Positions 1 to 9,416 are shown, counted from the first letter of the stretch. The stretch is DNA of 32,000 bases from Crocosphaera subtropica ATCC 51142 (GCF_000017845.1 NC_010546.1:1440001-1472000); one strand, 5' to 3'. Numbers and translations: made by a program. Notes: generated by a model from the sequence alone, not told the origin.

Positions 1-175
1 TCTAATAAACAGGTTAAGGGAGTGAGTAACGAGGTGGCTAGGGGATAAAATTGACCTGTTAGGGCGGTTTGAGGGGTATCTTCTAATAAACAGGTTAAGG
101 GGGTGAGTAATGGCGTAGCTAAAGAGCAATACTGTCCTTTTAGATAATAGTGAGGAGTATCTTCTAGTAAACAGG
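1..175 (-). repeat. 81-bp tandem repeat (about 2.2 copies visible), coding for the 27-aa protein repeat
   Basis: The core tcta(a/g)taaacagg recurs at 1, 82 and 163, an exact 81-nt period. Copies 1 and 2 share tctaataaacaggttaaggg(a/g)gtgagtaa. The sequence between cores is also related, so these are degenerate tandem copies rather than repeat plus unique spacer. Confidence 0.8.
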
Positions 176-320
176 CGATGGGTTTATGTTGACCCCTTAA
201 AACTGGAGGAGAAGACTTGTGACGTTTTGCTACAGATAATATCCAAGAAACTGCGATAAAAATAAATCCCCAGACTAATAGATTTGATAAAGCATCACCA
301 ATAAAAGCCACCACTCCCAT
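1..320 (-). CDS. Partial CDS (3' end off the window): N-terminal transmembrane helix followed by 27-aa tandem repeats, function unknown
   Basis: My own translation of the minus strand from the ATG (plus-strand cat at 318-320) is open to position 1: MGVVAFIGDALSNLLVWGFIFIAVSWILSVAKRHKSSPPVLRGQHKPIACLLEDTPHYYLKGQYCSLATPLLTPLTCLLEDTPQTALTGQFYPLATSLLTPLTCLLE... It has a hydrophobic N-terminus and a repeating unit (T/A)CLLEDTP..L.GQ...LAT.LLTPL. It is missing from the ORF track because it is truncated by the window edge. Confidence 0.6.
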   Translation of the reverse strand, partial: MGVVAFIGDALSNLLVWGFIFIAVSWILSVAKRHKSSPPVLRGQHKPIACLLEDTPHYYLKGQYCSLATPLLTPLTCLLEDTPQTALTGQFYPLATSLLTPLTCLL

Positions 321-495
321 AATTTAACCCCTTCAAGAGTGCAGAATACTCAAAAAATACAAGGATTGCTGACATTTTGTCAACTTTAGTTATGGAAAAG
401 AAATATTCTGGTTTTGATCAGGAGTCAGGAGTGAGGAAAATAACCGATATTGGCTTTCTTTCTGTGGTTGGTTGCGGTTATCTAATTAATCCTAA

Positions 496-1518
496 TTACC
501 AACTCAACAACGGTTGTAACCCATGTTTGACAGAAGCTTCTCCTATTTGTTCCATTTTAGTCACTGTAATTTGATTGCGTCCCCAAGAAAAATTAGTGTG
601 CCATTGTTCAAACTCTAATAAAATGGCTTCGGCAAAACAAGCAAACATTTGACGAGAAGGAACATCCATATTGACAGTTTCCATAATCTTCCAGTCAATA
701 TCTAGAGAATGTTCTACAATTCCCCCTTTCAGGATATGGACATCAGGATGTTTAATTTTTGTGTCTAAATTCTTAGGATAACCACCATCGATAATTAAAC
801 AGGGTTTTTTGAGAGTTTCGGCATTAATTTCCACTCCTTTGGGCATACTCGCCACCCAAACGATAATATCTGCTTCGGGTAAAGCCTCCTCCAATCCCAT
901 AATTTTACCCCGTCCCAACTCATCTTGCAGTCGTTGTAATCGTTCTTTATTGCGAGCAATTAAGAATAGTTCCTGGGTATCGGTTTTTCTATCTAACCAA
1001 CGACACACTGCACTGCCAATATCTCCGGTTGCCCCGCAAATAGCAACCGTTGCTTGGGATAAGTCAATCCCTAGTTTAGCGGATGCCTGTTCAACTTGAC
1101 GACAAATGATATAAGCAGTATGGGTGTTTCCGGTGGTGAAGCGATCAAACTCTAAAGAGACATTACGAACTTGTCTATTCTCTTTGAGATTAAATTCTTC
1201 AAAAATAATCGAAGAAAAGCCCCCTAATGCTGTGATGTTAAGGTTATTTTTCTGAGCAAAGGCCATCGCATTCAGTATTTTGCGAATTGCTGCTTTAATC
1301 CGTCGCTTTATCAGCATTTCTGGTAAGAAAGCGGATTCTATATACTTTCCTTCGATGGTTTGTCCTGTGATGCTAGTAACATGAAAATGCTCGACGAATT
1401 GGGGTGGAGCAGAACACCACAAATCAAGTCCCTGAGTGGCGTATGGGCCATAGCCAAAGGCATCAGCAACGGAGTGGGCGTGTTCTAAACTTGTAAGATG
1501 ACCAATTAAACCAAACAT
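496..1518 (-). CDS. aar: Long-chain acyl-[acyl-carrier-protein] reductase (cyanobacterial alkane pathway)
   Basis: The 340-aa ORF starts with the characteristic [14 protein letters not shown] and contains [16 protein letters not shown], the NAD(P)-binding [10 protein letters not shown] and GGYPKNLD. The full-length pattern matches the AAR family as I know it. Confidence 0.93.
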   Translation of the reverse strand: MFGLIGHLTSLEHAHSVADAFGYGPYATQGLDLWCSAPPQFVEHFHVTSITGQTIEGKYIESAFLPEMLIKRRIKAAIRKILNAMAFAQKNNLNITALGGFSSIIFEEFNLKENRQVRNVSLEFDRFTTGNTHTAYIICRQVEQASAKLGIDLSQATVAICGATGDIGSAVCRWLDRKTDTQELFLIARNKERLQRLQDELGRGKIMGLEEALPEADIIVWVASMPKGVEINAETLKKPCLIIDGGYPKNLDTKIKHPDVHILKGGIVEHSLDIDWKIMETVNMDVPSRQMFACFAEAILLEFEQWHTNFSWGRNQITVTKMEQIGEASVKHGLQPLLSW

Positions 1519-1783
1519 TGATTATTCTAAATGATAATTAGGGAGGAAAGAGACTACATTATAGGAAAAAGTTAAGACTCTTAACAATATTACCTTAATA
1601 CTTTGATGATTGATCAGTTTTTAAGGGCAGATAGCCTTTATCATGGGGGTAAGATCAGTGAAACTACAGTGTATTGCCACCTTGAAATCTAAAAAAATAC
1701 TGGTCTTAAGGGGACTACTAAAAATTCTGATCTAGCTTTTTAGGGTATCACATAAAATCTTCTAGGTCTTTTTACTCTTTTTT

Positions 1784-2785
1784 ATGACTAAAAATCCTAT
1801 TTTCCGTTGGCTTCCTCCCTGTGTCAGTTTAGGGCTATTTGCCTTATCCTTATGGACGATACAGCAAAATTTACAACATTATCAAGCAGAAAATTTTTGG
1901 AGGAGTTTAGCTAAGATTCCCTCGACTCATATTTGCTTAGCGATCGCCTTAATGGGGGTCAATTATTTTATTATGACAGGCTATGAATGTTTAGGATTAG
2001 CCTATGTTCGTCAATCCCTTCCCTATGCTAAAAAAGCTTTAGTTGGTGTGATTTGTTCTGGAATTAGTAATAGTGTGGGCTTTGCGGTTTTAAGTAGTTG
2101 TATGATTCGTTACCGTTTTTATTCGGTTTGGGGATTTTCTGTGGTAAAAATTGCCCAGATTTCTGCTTTTTGTAATTTATCTTTTTGTTTAGGCTTATTT
2201 GTCGTCGGTAGTATTATCTTTCTCAAAGAACCTTTAGCTATTCCCCAATTATTAGATTTACCGTTTATCTCTGTTCGTCCTTTGGGAATCATTTTTTTAG
2301 TAACTACTTTAGCCTATTTATTTCTCACAGTCATTCGTCAAAAACCCTTAATGATCGGTAAGTGGATTATTCCCCATCTTCCATTTCCCTTAGCTGCTGG
2401 TCAATTAATTGTGTCTGCTTTAGATTGGTGTTTAGCAGCAGCAGTTTTTTATACCCTGTTATCTAGTTCGGTTTCTTTATCTTATCCTGCCTTTTTCGGG
2501 ATTTATATGTTAGCCCAAGTGGCAGGGTTAGCCAGTAATATTCCAGGAGGACTAGGGGTTTTTGAAACGGTTATGATGTTATTGTTAGCTCCTTTTATTA
2601 CTTCAGAAGACTTATTAGGAACCCTCTTAATTTATCGTGGTATTTACTATTTTATTCCTTTAATGGTAGCAGCTTCACTGTTAGGAAAATACGAATTCCA
2701 GAATTTCTTAAACCAGAAAGAGTCTAACTCTGAATCAGTCTCTAGACTCTCAACGCCAGTCCGAGAAACTATCGATATTGAGTAG
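1784..2785 (+). CDS. Polytopic membrane protein, UPF0104 / lysyl-phosphatidylglycerol-synthase-TM-like (flippase-like) family
   Basis: The 333-aa ORF has about 8 hydrophobic segments and the family-typical NIPGGLGVFE motif near the C-terminal third. Confidence 0.7.
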   Translation: MTKNPIFRWLPPCVSLGLFALSLWTIQQNLQHYQAENFWRSLAKIPSTHICLAIALMGVNYFIMTGYECLGLAYVRQSLPYAKKALVGVICSGISNSVGFAVLSSCMIRYRFYSVWGFSVVKIAQISAFCNLSFCLGLFVVGSIIFLKEPLAIPQLLDLPFISVRPLGIIFLVTTLAYLFLTVIRQKPLMIGKWIIPHLPFPLAAGQLIVSALDWCLAAAVFYTLLSSSVSLSYPAFFGIYMLAQVAGLASNIPGGLGVFETVMMLLLAPFITSEDLLGTLLIYRGIYYFIPLMVAASLLGKYEFQNFLNQKESNSESVSRLSTPVRETIDIE

Positions 2786-2852
2786 ACAGCGATCTTACGC
2801 ACAGTACCGTTTAATCTGTCGCAGCAGAATTTTTACTTTAACTCAAGTCGAC

Positions 2853-2893
2853 CATTCTACATCTCACTCGCTTCAGTGCTGAGATGTAGAATG
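2853..2893 (+). terminator. Perfect 14-bp stem / 13-nt loop hairpin downstream of the membrane-protein gene
   Basis: cattctacatctca (2853-2866) is the exact reverse complement of tgagatgtagaatg (2880-2893). It lies 68 nt after the stop codon. There is no clean T-tract, so the terminator role is tentative. Confidence 0.4.
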
Positions 2894-3355
2894 TCGTATG
2901 TTATAACAACTTGATTTTTGATGTTAACAAAAGTAAATGTTTGATTCAATATATAAACATTAACTAACTTTTTCTTGTTATTTTTAAAAAAGTTTAATTT
3001 AGATATTTTTTTGTTGATATATATTGAGTTTTTAAATAATAAATATAACTTTTTTATCGATAAATTACTGATAGTTTCGATTTAATTTATTGCTATCTCA
3101 AAAATAAAAAAAATAGCTATTTTTAGATAATATTTTTAAGGGTAATGCTATAAGAGTGTTAGATTCCTAAGCATTTGGGGAAATATAGGAATTAGAGAGG
3201 GACGAGTTCTCGGAATTAAGAACATAAGGAGTTGGCCTAAAATCTTCGTCAGTTCTACAGTATTTTCAACGATCTTCTTGTTAATACTTATTTATCAAGT
3301 CTGTTTATGGCCATTCTTATGATGACTTAATTTCTCATTTCTTGTCTTTGTAAAA

Positions 3356-4024
3356 ATGTCATGTCTAATTGGAAAAATTATGTTAAAACTTACAAAAATG
3401 TTGTCCTTAGCTGGAACTTTTATTGTCTTAGGTACTATTCATTCTGCCCAAGGCGCAGTGGTTGTTTCACCAAGTAACGGAAATCCAGTAGAAAAAATCA
3501 CTGGGGTAGAAGTTTTGAATTCAGATGGCTCAGCAATTGAGATATTTACAGTTGATTTTCAATTTGATACGTTCGTTACAACTTTTGGGAACACCCCTTC
3601 GTCTCAAGCATTTTTTTTGGACAATTCCGATGGTGCTTTATTAGCATTAACAGCAATAAATGATGCGATGAATGCTATGACACTTACAAACCAACAAGTT
3701 CGGGGAATTACTTCCTTTGCTCCTGATAGTGGTCCTATCATTAACTTAATGAATTACAGAATTCCTATTCTATTCGATCCTAACGACAACGAAGTGGAAA
3801 CAATGATTGGTCAATTTACAAATGGCGCATGGGTAGGTGGTACCACGCAAATGGAACTAGCAGATGGGAATCCTCCTAATGGGCTAGTTATGTACGCAAA
3901 ATTTACTAAAACTGGGGAAATTGATCTCACCCCCACACCCCCCACAGTCCCCGAACCTTCTAATTTAGTGAGTATTCTTGTTTGTGGTGTATCTCTTCTC
4001 TTCGTGGCTAAGAATAGAATATAG
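3356..4024 (+). CDS. Secreted protein with C-terminal PEP-CTERM sorting signal
   Basis: Signal peptide (MLKLTKMLSLAGTFIVLGTIHSAQG; the start may be the ATG at 3380). The C-terminus is VPEPSNLVSILVCGVSLLFVAKNRI (3947-4021), i.e. VPEP, a hydrophobic helix and a basic tail. Confidence 0.8.
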   Translation: MSCLIGKIMLKLTKMLSLAGTFIVLGTIHSAQGAVVVSPSNGNPVEKITGVEVLNSDGSAIEIFTVDFQFDTFVTTFGNTPSSQAFFLDNSDGALLALTAINDAMNAMTLTNQQVRGITSFAPDSGPIINLMNYRIPILFDPNDNEVETMIGQFTNGAWVGGTTQMELADGNPPNGLVMYAKFTKTGEIDLTPTPPTVPEPSNLVSILVCGVSLLFVAKNRI

Positions 4025-4151
4025 CAGGACAAAAACTGATTAGGATTTATTTTTTGTATTTTCAATTTTCATTACGAGGAGACTCCGAATCTCTTTAACA
4101 TCATAACCATAATAGTTAGTGTTATAGGATGAGGATGTGGTCACAATACAT

Positions 4152-4181
4152 AAAATAAGCCCACCTGAGTGGGCTTATTTT
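4152..4181. terminator. Bidirectional rho-independent terminator between convergent genes
   Basis: aaaataagcccac (4152-4164) / ctga / gtgggcttatttt (4169-4181) is a perfect 13-bp palindrome whose GC core is flanked by A/T runs on both strands. It sits between the 3' ends of 3356..4024 (+) and 4218..5723 (-). Confidence 0.7.
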
Positions 4182-4217
4182 AGTTTAATAACACAAATTA
4201 AGAACTTACTCTTAGTC

Positions 4218-5723
4218 TTAATTTCTATTTTTTCTGGATAACTTTAATGGTATTCCACCGAGTCCCAATAATATAAAGCTAACAACCGAAGTAGATTCAG
4301 GAACTGATGCTACATTAGCAGATTCAGGAACTGATGCTACATTACTCAGTTCGTTTGTGTTCGTGCTTTGTTCATTAATGTCTTGCTGATTATTTGGAGG
4401 ATTTGGATCTTGATAAGTTGACAAAGGAATTAATTGTATTGCCACTCTCTGATTAGCAGACGCTTCTTGAGGATTGTTCCCATTTTCCCATCCCATAGTG
4501 ATTTGACCTCTCATTCTTGTGGGGGTCAATCCTAATCCTCCGCGATTGGTCGGATCTGTGAAGTAAAAAAACTTTTCCTCTCTATCTAGTCCGTTAGTAA
4601 CTGCAAGATTTGATGAACTACAAAAATTATTAATAGGTGTTAAGTTGGTTAGGGAGCCAGCTTCATCAACACAAATCTCCATACTCGTATTTGCTGCAAC
4701 CTCTTTGACAACAGAGAACAATTTAAGTCCCTCAATATTCTGACAGGTATTAACTTGAGAACTAATCACTCTATCAGTGTTATTGTCATCATTAGCAAAG
4801 AATGTGACTGTAGCCCGATTATTGCTACATTGGAATTCAAATTCAGTTGGAGTGTTATTAGACCATAACCAATCTACCTGATCTAATACTTGATCTTGTC
4901 TATCCCGACCTTTTACAAGTCTATGTTCTTTGAATGTATCACCTCCAGCAAGACTGTTTAATTTAAAGTTGGGAGTAGGATTATTAGAATCAAGAATCTT
5001 AAAACTCTCATTCCATAGCTCAAAACTCAAATCAATGCGAGGTTGCTGATCGCTATTACCTCCCTCGCTGGAAAATAATGTATCTCCTGGAAAGGTATTA
5101 AAAGGGGGGAAAGGCAAATCAAAGGTTTCAACAGGTTCAATAGCAAGAGAAAATTCAGAGGTTTTGTTTTGCAATAGATTGCGGATGAAAGTATTAAAAG
5201 TTCCATCAACAGATGTATTAAATCTTGAATTACGACCTTCACTAATACCACCTCCAAAGAAGATTGTTCCATTATTCTCACGATCAGGATCAATAGGCGT
5301 TTCTTCATTCCAGGAATTATAATCAACTTCCCTGATATTTATTGTAGGAACTGGAGGAAAACTTGGGTCAGTGTTAGGATTCTGAAGTGCATCGTAGGTT
5401 TGATTAAAAAGCAACGTAGCTCTTAAATTCCTGATTTGCGCTCCCGCATCAAGGTAAGGTGTCAAATCACTAACAAGACTTTGGAAATCAAAACCTAAGT
5501 AAGCTACTTGTTTTCCTGTTTGTCCATCTAACTGACCGACTGCAAGGTAGTCATTGTCACCAAAGTTAATACCAGGAAAACGGGTGTCTGAATAATTATC
5601 CTTACTCACAATAATCCCGTTGCGTACCCACGTTGCGGCCTTTACTGGATTGATATTGAAAACAGTCAAACCTAGGATGGCACTCGTTGCTGCTAGTTTT
5701 AAGGGTGAGATGAGAGTTGGCAT
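4218..5723 (-). CDS. Large secreted protein with PEP-CTERM-type C-terminus (VPES variant, motif duplicated)
   Basis: The 501-aa ORF has an N-terminal signal peptide (MPTLISPLKLAATSAILGLTVFNINPVKA). The C-terminus is ...NVASVPESANVASVPESTSVVSFILLGLGGIPLKLSRKNRN. Confidence 0.8.
   Translation of the reverse strand: MPTLISPLKLAATSAILGLTVFNINPVKAATWVRNGIIVSKDNYSDTRFPGINFGDNDYLAVGQLDGQTGKQVAYLGFDFQSLVSDLTPYLDAGAQIRNLRATLLFNQTYDALQNPNTDPSFPPVPTINIREVDYNSWNEETPIDPDRENNGTIFFGGGISEGRNSRFNTSVDGTFNTFIRNLLQNKTSEFSLAIEPVETFDLPFPPFNTFPGDTLFSSEGGNSDQQPRIDLSFELWNESFKILDSNNPTPNFKLNSLAGGDTFKEHRLVKGRDRQDQVLDQVDWLWSNNTPTEFEFQCSNNRATVTFFANDDNNTDRVISSQVNTCQNIEGLKLFSVVKEVAANTSMEICVDEAGSLTNLTPINNFCSSSNLAVTNGLDREEKFFYFTDPTNRGGLGLTPTRMRGQITMGWENGNNPQEASANQRVAIQLIPLSTYQDPNPPNNQQDINEQSTNTNELSNVASVPESANVASVPESTSVVSFILLGLGGIPLKLSRKNRN
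4294..4344 (-). repeat. 27-nt tandem duplication covering the PEP-CTERM motif codons
   Basis: gattcaggaactgatgctacatta occurs at 4294-4317 and again at 4321-4344, separated by gca. It encodes (A)NVASVPES twice. Confidence 0.85.
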
Positions 5724-5907
5724 TTCTTTATAAGTTTTTTATAAGCTATGGTCAAGTAACACACTTAATATTCCCAAAAAGTTATGACAACCTTTTAGGG
5801 GAGATCGTTTCTCGTTTCTAAAGCTACTCAGATTTTGCCATATAAACTATATTTTTGTCAGGTAGCTTAATTTCTATTTAACATAGACATTAAATGGGTT
5901 AGGAGAA

Positions 5908-7770
5908 TTGTTGTCTTTGTCAACACTTTCAGAAATGTTAGACCATCAGATCAGATTGCTTCCCCATGAACCTGGGGTCTATTTAATGCGAGATTATCAA
6001 GGTGATATTCTTTACATTGGTAAATCTAAACGATTGCGATCGCGGGTTCGTTCTTATTTTCAACCTGGTCAAGATCATAGTCCTCGCATTGCTTTGATGG
6101 TTCAACAGGTGGCTAATATTGAGTTTATTGTCACGGATACCGAAGCCGAAGCGTTAGCGTTAGAAGCTAATCTCATTAAACAACATCAACCCTACTTTAA
6201 TGTTTTACTCAAAGATGATAAGAAATATCCTTATGTTTGTATTACTTGGTCTGAAGCTTATCCGAGGATTTTTATTACCCGTAAACGTCGCTTAAATCAT
6301 CCACGGGATCGCTATTATGGTCCTTATGTGGATACCCATTTACTTCGTCAAACGTTACGGTTGGTGAAACGGGTTTTTCCCCTTCGTCAACGGCCTCGAC
6401 CATTATTTAAAGATCGTCCTTGTTTAAATTATGATATTGGTCGTTGTCCTGGGGTGTGTCAAGGGTTAATTTCTCCTGAAGACTATCATAAAATAGTAGA
6501 AAAAGTGGCCATGATCTTTCAGGGAAGAACGGAGGAATTATTAGAAAAATTATCAGCACAAATGGAGTTAGCAGCTAATCAGTTAAAGTTTGAACAAGCT
6601 GGGCAAATTCGAGATCAAATTAAAGCTGTTCAAGGGTTAGGAATCGACCAAAAAGTAACCTTGCCGGATGATACCATTTCAAGGGATGCGATCGCTTTAG
6701 CTGCCGACGATAATTATACCTGTATTCAATTATTCCAAATTCGTGCCGGACGATTAGTGGGACGGTTGGGCTTTTTTGCCGATACGGTTTCAGGCACACC
6801 CGAAAGCATTTTACAACGGGTTTTAGAAGAACATTATTTACAAGTTGATGCTGTGGAAATTCCCAGTGAAATTTTAGTGCAGTACCCACTCCCTGAAACC
6901 GATATTTTAGCGAATTGGTTAGGCAAAAAGAAAGGCAAAAAAGTCAATATTATTGTTCCTCAGAAACAGCAAAAAGCGGAATTAATTCGTTTAGTAGAAC
7001 GTAATGCCGGGTATGAATTAGAAAATACAAAACGTCATGCTCAACAAAATTTATTAGCCTTAGAAGATTTAGCCCAATTATTAGATTTATCCAGTCTTCC
7101 CCATCGTATTGAAGGGTATGATATTTCCCATATTCAAGGGTCAAATGCTGTTGCCTCTCAAGTCGTTTTTATTGATGGGGTTTCGGCGAAACAATCCTAT
7201 CGTCATTACAAGATAAAAAATCCTAATATTACGATAGGTCATTCCGATGATTTTGCTAGTTTAGCTGAAGTTTTAAGTCGTCGTTTTCGTTCTTACCAAA
7301 ATAAGTCAGAAACTGAGTTATTACAGTTAGAAGATTATCCCGATTTAATTATGATTGATGGAGGAAAAGGTCAACTTTCATCGGTAATAAAAATTTTAGA
7401 AAATATGAATCTTGTTCCTCCTTTACAAGTGATTAGTCTAGCTAAAAAAAGAGAAGAAATTTTCTTACCTGGTCAATCTCAACCTGTAACATCTCATCCC
7501 GAACAAGCAGGGGTTCAATTATTAAGAAAAGTTCGAGACGAAGCTCATCGATTTGCTGTAACCTTTCATCGTCAACAACGGTTAAAAAAAAGCCGTCATT
7601 CTCGTTTAGATGATATTCCAGGGTTAGGGTTTCAGCGACAAAAACAACTACTTGCTCATTTTCATTCGATTGATTATATTCGAGAAGCTTCTATCGAAAA
7701 GTTGCAAGAAGTGTCAGGAGTTGGTCCAGCTTTAGCAAGAGAAATTTATGATTATTTTCACCCTAATTAA
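5908..7770 (+). CDS. uvrC: Excinuclease ABC subunit C
   Basis: GIY-YIG N-terminus ([29 protein letters not shown]), a UVR motif region, an RNase-H-like endonuclease region ([11 protein letters not shown]) and C-terminal HhH ([14 protein letters not shown]). The track start at 5908 is TTG; the ATG at 5935 ([10 protein letters not shown]...) is an equally plausible start. Confidence 0.95.
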   Translation: MLSLSTLSEMLDHQIRLLPHEPGVYLMRDYQGDILYIGKSKRLRSRVRSYFQPGQDHSPRIALMVQQVANIEFIVTDTEAEALALEANLIKQHQPYFNVLLKDDKKYPYVCITWSEAYPRIFITRKRRLNHPRDRYYGPYVDTHLLRQTLRLVKRVFPLRQRPRPLFKDRPCLNYDIGRCPGVCQGLISPEDYHKIVEKVAMIFQGRTEELLEKLSAQMELAANQLKFEQAGQIRDQIKAVQGLGIDQKVTLPDDTISRDAIALAADDNYTCIQLFQIRAGRLVGRLGFFADTVSGTPESILQRVLEEHYLQVDAVEIPSEILVQYPLPETDILANWLGKKKGKKVNIIVPQKQQKAELIRLVERNAGYELENTKRHAQQNLLALEDLAQLLDLSSLPHRIEGYDISHIQGSNAVASQVVFIDGVSAKQSYRHYKIKNPNITIGHSDDFASLAEVLSRRFRSYQNKSETELLQLEDYPDLIMIDGGKGQLSSVIKILENMNLVPPLQVISLAKKREEIFLPGQSQPVTSHPEQAGVQLLRKVRDEAHRFAVTFHRQQRLKKSRHSRLDDIPGLGFQRQKQLLAHFHSIDYIREASIEKLQEVSGVGPALAREIYDYFHPN

Positions 7771-7771
7771 A

Positions 7772-8074
7772 TCATAATTTGCACTGTTTCCTGATGAAAC
7801 TAATAACATTATCAGAAGATAAAGGAAGAGAACATAAATAGCCTTGAGCATATTGACAACCACTATTTTGTAAAAAGTCTTTTTGTTCAGGGGTTTCAAT
7901 GCCTTCTGCTGTGGTTGTTAAATTGAGTTTTTGACTTAAATAAAGAATTCCTTCAACGATATTTGCGGATGCTGTATTGTTGGTTACCTCATTAATAAAA
8001 GATCGATCAATAGTATCTAAAGAAAAACGATTTTGAACCATTCTCTTCCTTTTAATGACTCCATAGAAAAACAA
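7772..8074 (-). pseudogene. Relic of an EAL-domain (c-di-GMP phosphodiesterase) gene: only about the last 85 residues of the domain
   Basis: ...FSLDTIDRSFINEV...IVEGILYLSQKLNLTTTAEGIETPEQKDFLQNSGCQYAQGYLCSLPL matches the C-terminal third of EAL domains (D.LKIDRSF ... AEGVET.EQ...L...GC...QGY.FS.P). The upstream two-thirds, including the EAL signature, is absent. Confidence 0.7.
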
Positions 8075-8098
8075 TTCACAGAGAATGTTATTCTCATT

Positions 8099-8413
8099 TT
8101 AGTTTTTGTGACTTTCAAGAGGTTTAATTTTCCTGACAGATTTGGGAAGAGTTGTCATACTTTCTTGAGAACCTCTATTCTTTGTTTTTAGGGTTTCGTT
8201 GAACTCTTTTAATTTAGCGTTGATTCTGGCTAATTGGTAAATAATTATTGAACCAACTCCAAATCCAATCTCGGTGTAAGCATTAGCTCGACTTCTTGTT
8301 TCTTGAAGCAAGTCTCCAGATTGATTAGCCGATTTAACTTGAACCAAATCATAGAGTCCCATTGAGAAACACACAATTGCGATCACTATCCAAAAATCTC
8401 TCAGTTTTAACAT
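8099..8413 (-). CDS. Small two-TM membrane protein, hypothetical
   Basis: The 104-aa ORF has two hydrophobic helices (FWIVIAIVCFSMGLYDLV; IGFGVGSIIIYQLA) and a basic tail. I recognise no family. A small hairpin (gagaat/attctc, 8081-8095) follows its stop codon. Confidence 0.45.
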   Translation of the reverse strand: MLKLRDFWIVIAIVCFSMGLYDLVQVKSANQSGDLLQETRSRANAYTEIGFGVGSIIIYQLARINAKLKEFNETLKTKNRGSQESMTTLPKSVRKIKPLESHKN

Positions 8414-8771
8414 TAGTTTTATTAGAAATCTTCACTTATAATTTTAACAATATTAATTTTTCATCACTTATTTTCCACCCTCTCAATAATTAATCATAGG
8501 AATTTGTTAGGCTTGAACAGTACATAGTAATTAATACAGTACAATGCCCCGAAGAAGGGGTTTTTTACCCTAATAACCATCCATTTTAGTCAGACTATGC
8601 TTATCTTCTAAATAGCAATCGGCAAAGCGGATCTCGCCCCCAGCAAGCGCACTGTTAACCTCGGTTACTTAATAATTTTGTTATTTTCAGCTTATTACTT
8701 CTCTCTTTTCTCATCCTAGACTCAGATTTTACTAATCAGTTTCTCATGTTTATTGTGCAAATTATATTTCT

Positions 8772-9416
8772 ATGTTATTCCAACTATTTAAAACCATGAA
8801 TCCTCATCATCACTCGCTATTAACTCTTGTCAAAGGAATTTTAAAACAGAAATCTTTAGCCGTAACCTGTACCTCTGGGATGGCCTTAGCACTGTCTTTT
8901 CCTCTATCGACTAATGCTATGGTGCTTAACTTTCAGGCTGATCTTACCGGCGATCAAGAAGTTCCTCCTGTACTCACTACTGCACAAGGAAGTGCTGAGG
9001 GAACTTTAACCGGAGCCCCTGGCAGTTATGTCTTTACTTATGAAATTAATTACTCTGGCTTAAGCAGTCCCATTGCTCCTATCGGTGCTACTGGAGGTCA
9101 TATTCATAATGCTCCTGCCGGCTTCAATGGACCCATTGTCCACATTTTAGATACAGATTTCTTTGATTATACTGGCACTACCGAAGGAACTATCATCGGA
9201 GATTGGCGATTTGATGATGCCACCAATCCCTTAACCGATCTCCTTGCCGATTCTTTAAAATCTGGCAACTTGTACTTTAATCTCCATACCGAAAACTTCA
9301 ATGGTGGCGAAATCAGGGGACAAATCACTTCTGTTCCTGAACCTAATGCCCTTCTGGGTTTTGGCCTTCTTGCTGGAACAGCTTTTGGCTTTAGAAAAAA
9401 ACAGCGTCAAAGATAA
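8772..9416 (+). CDS. CHRD-domain protein with PEP-CTERM sorting signal
   Basis: CHRD hallmarks LTGDQEVPPV, GGHIHNAPAGFNGPIV and YFNLHTENFNGGEIRGQI. The C-terminus is VPEPNALLGFGLLAGTAFGFRKKQRQR (9333-9413). The true start may be the internal Met (MNPHHH...). Confidence 0.85.
   Translation: MLFQLFKTMNPHHHSLLTLVKGILKQKSLAVTCTSGMALALSFPLSTNAMVLNFQADLTGDQEVPPVLTTAQGSAEGTLTGAPGSYVFTYEINYSGLSSPIAPIGATGGHIHNAPAGFNGPIVHILDTDFFDYTGTTEGTIIGDWRFDDATNPLTDLLADSLKSGNLYFNLHTENFNGGEIRGQITSVPEPNALLGFGLLAGTAFGFRKKQRQR

Noticed and set aside
1-190. Regularly spaced repeats (period 81 bp) that at first glance resemble a CRISPR array at the window edge
   Set aside because: The 'spacers' are themselves related to each other. 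The period is a multiple of three, and the minus strand is one open reading frame from an ATG at 320 encoding a 27-aa protein repeat. No cas genes are present.
377-574. 65-aa plus-strand ORF overlapping the aar 3' end, and the other short track ORFs nested in or antisense to long genes (809..1099, 3811..4065, 5027..5326, 6620..6889, 6950..7144, 10040..10240, 11293..11478, 13186..13494, 13585..13794, 18165..18497, 19853..20080, 20099..20314, 21833..22021, 25321..25545, 26212..26451, 27118..27306, 27128..27319, 27590..27892, 27911..28111, 29022..29243)
   Set aside because: Each overlaps a longer ORF that has clear family motifs. Their translations are low-complexity or Cys/Arg/Leu-rich with no recognisable motifs, as is typical of off-frame or antisense noise.
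3160-3176. Shared 11-mer gttagattcct (also at about 24611) preceded by agataata in two long AT-rich upstream regions, considered as a common regulatory box
   Set aside because: 11-nt matches are expected many times by chance in 32 kb of AT-rich DNA, and the similarity does not extend beyond the 11-mer.
8547-8572. cccc-gaagaa-gggg followed by tttttt on the plus strand, considered as an orphan terminator or sRNA 3' end
   Set aside because: The stem is only 4 bp, and there is no upstream plus-strand gene or promoter evidence.
8616-8665. GC-richer patch in the AT-rich spacer whose minus strand reads VTEVNSALAGGEIRFADCYLEDKHSLTKMDGY* (possible gene relic)
   Set aside because: It has no start codon, spans only about 32 codons between stops, and I cannot match it to any family. 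It is too weak to call.
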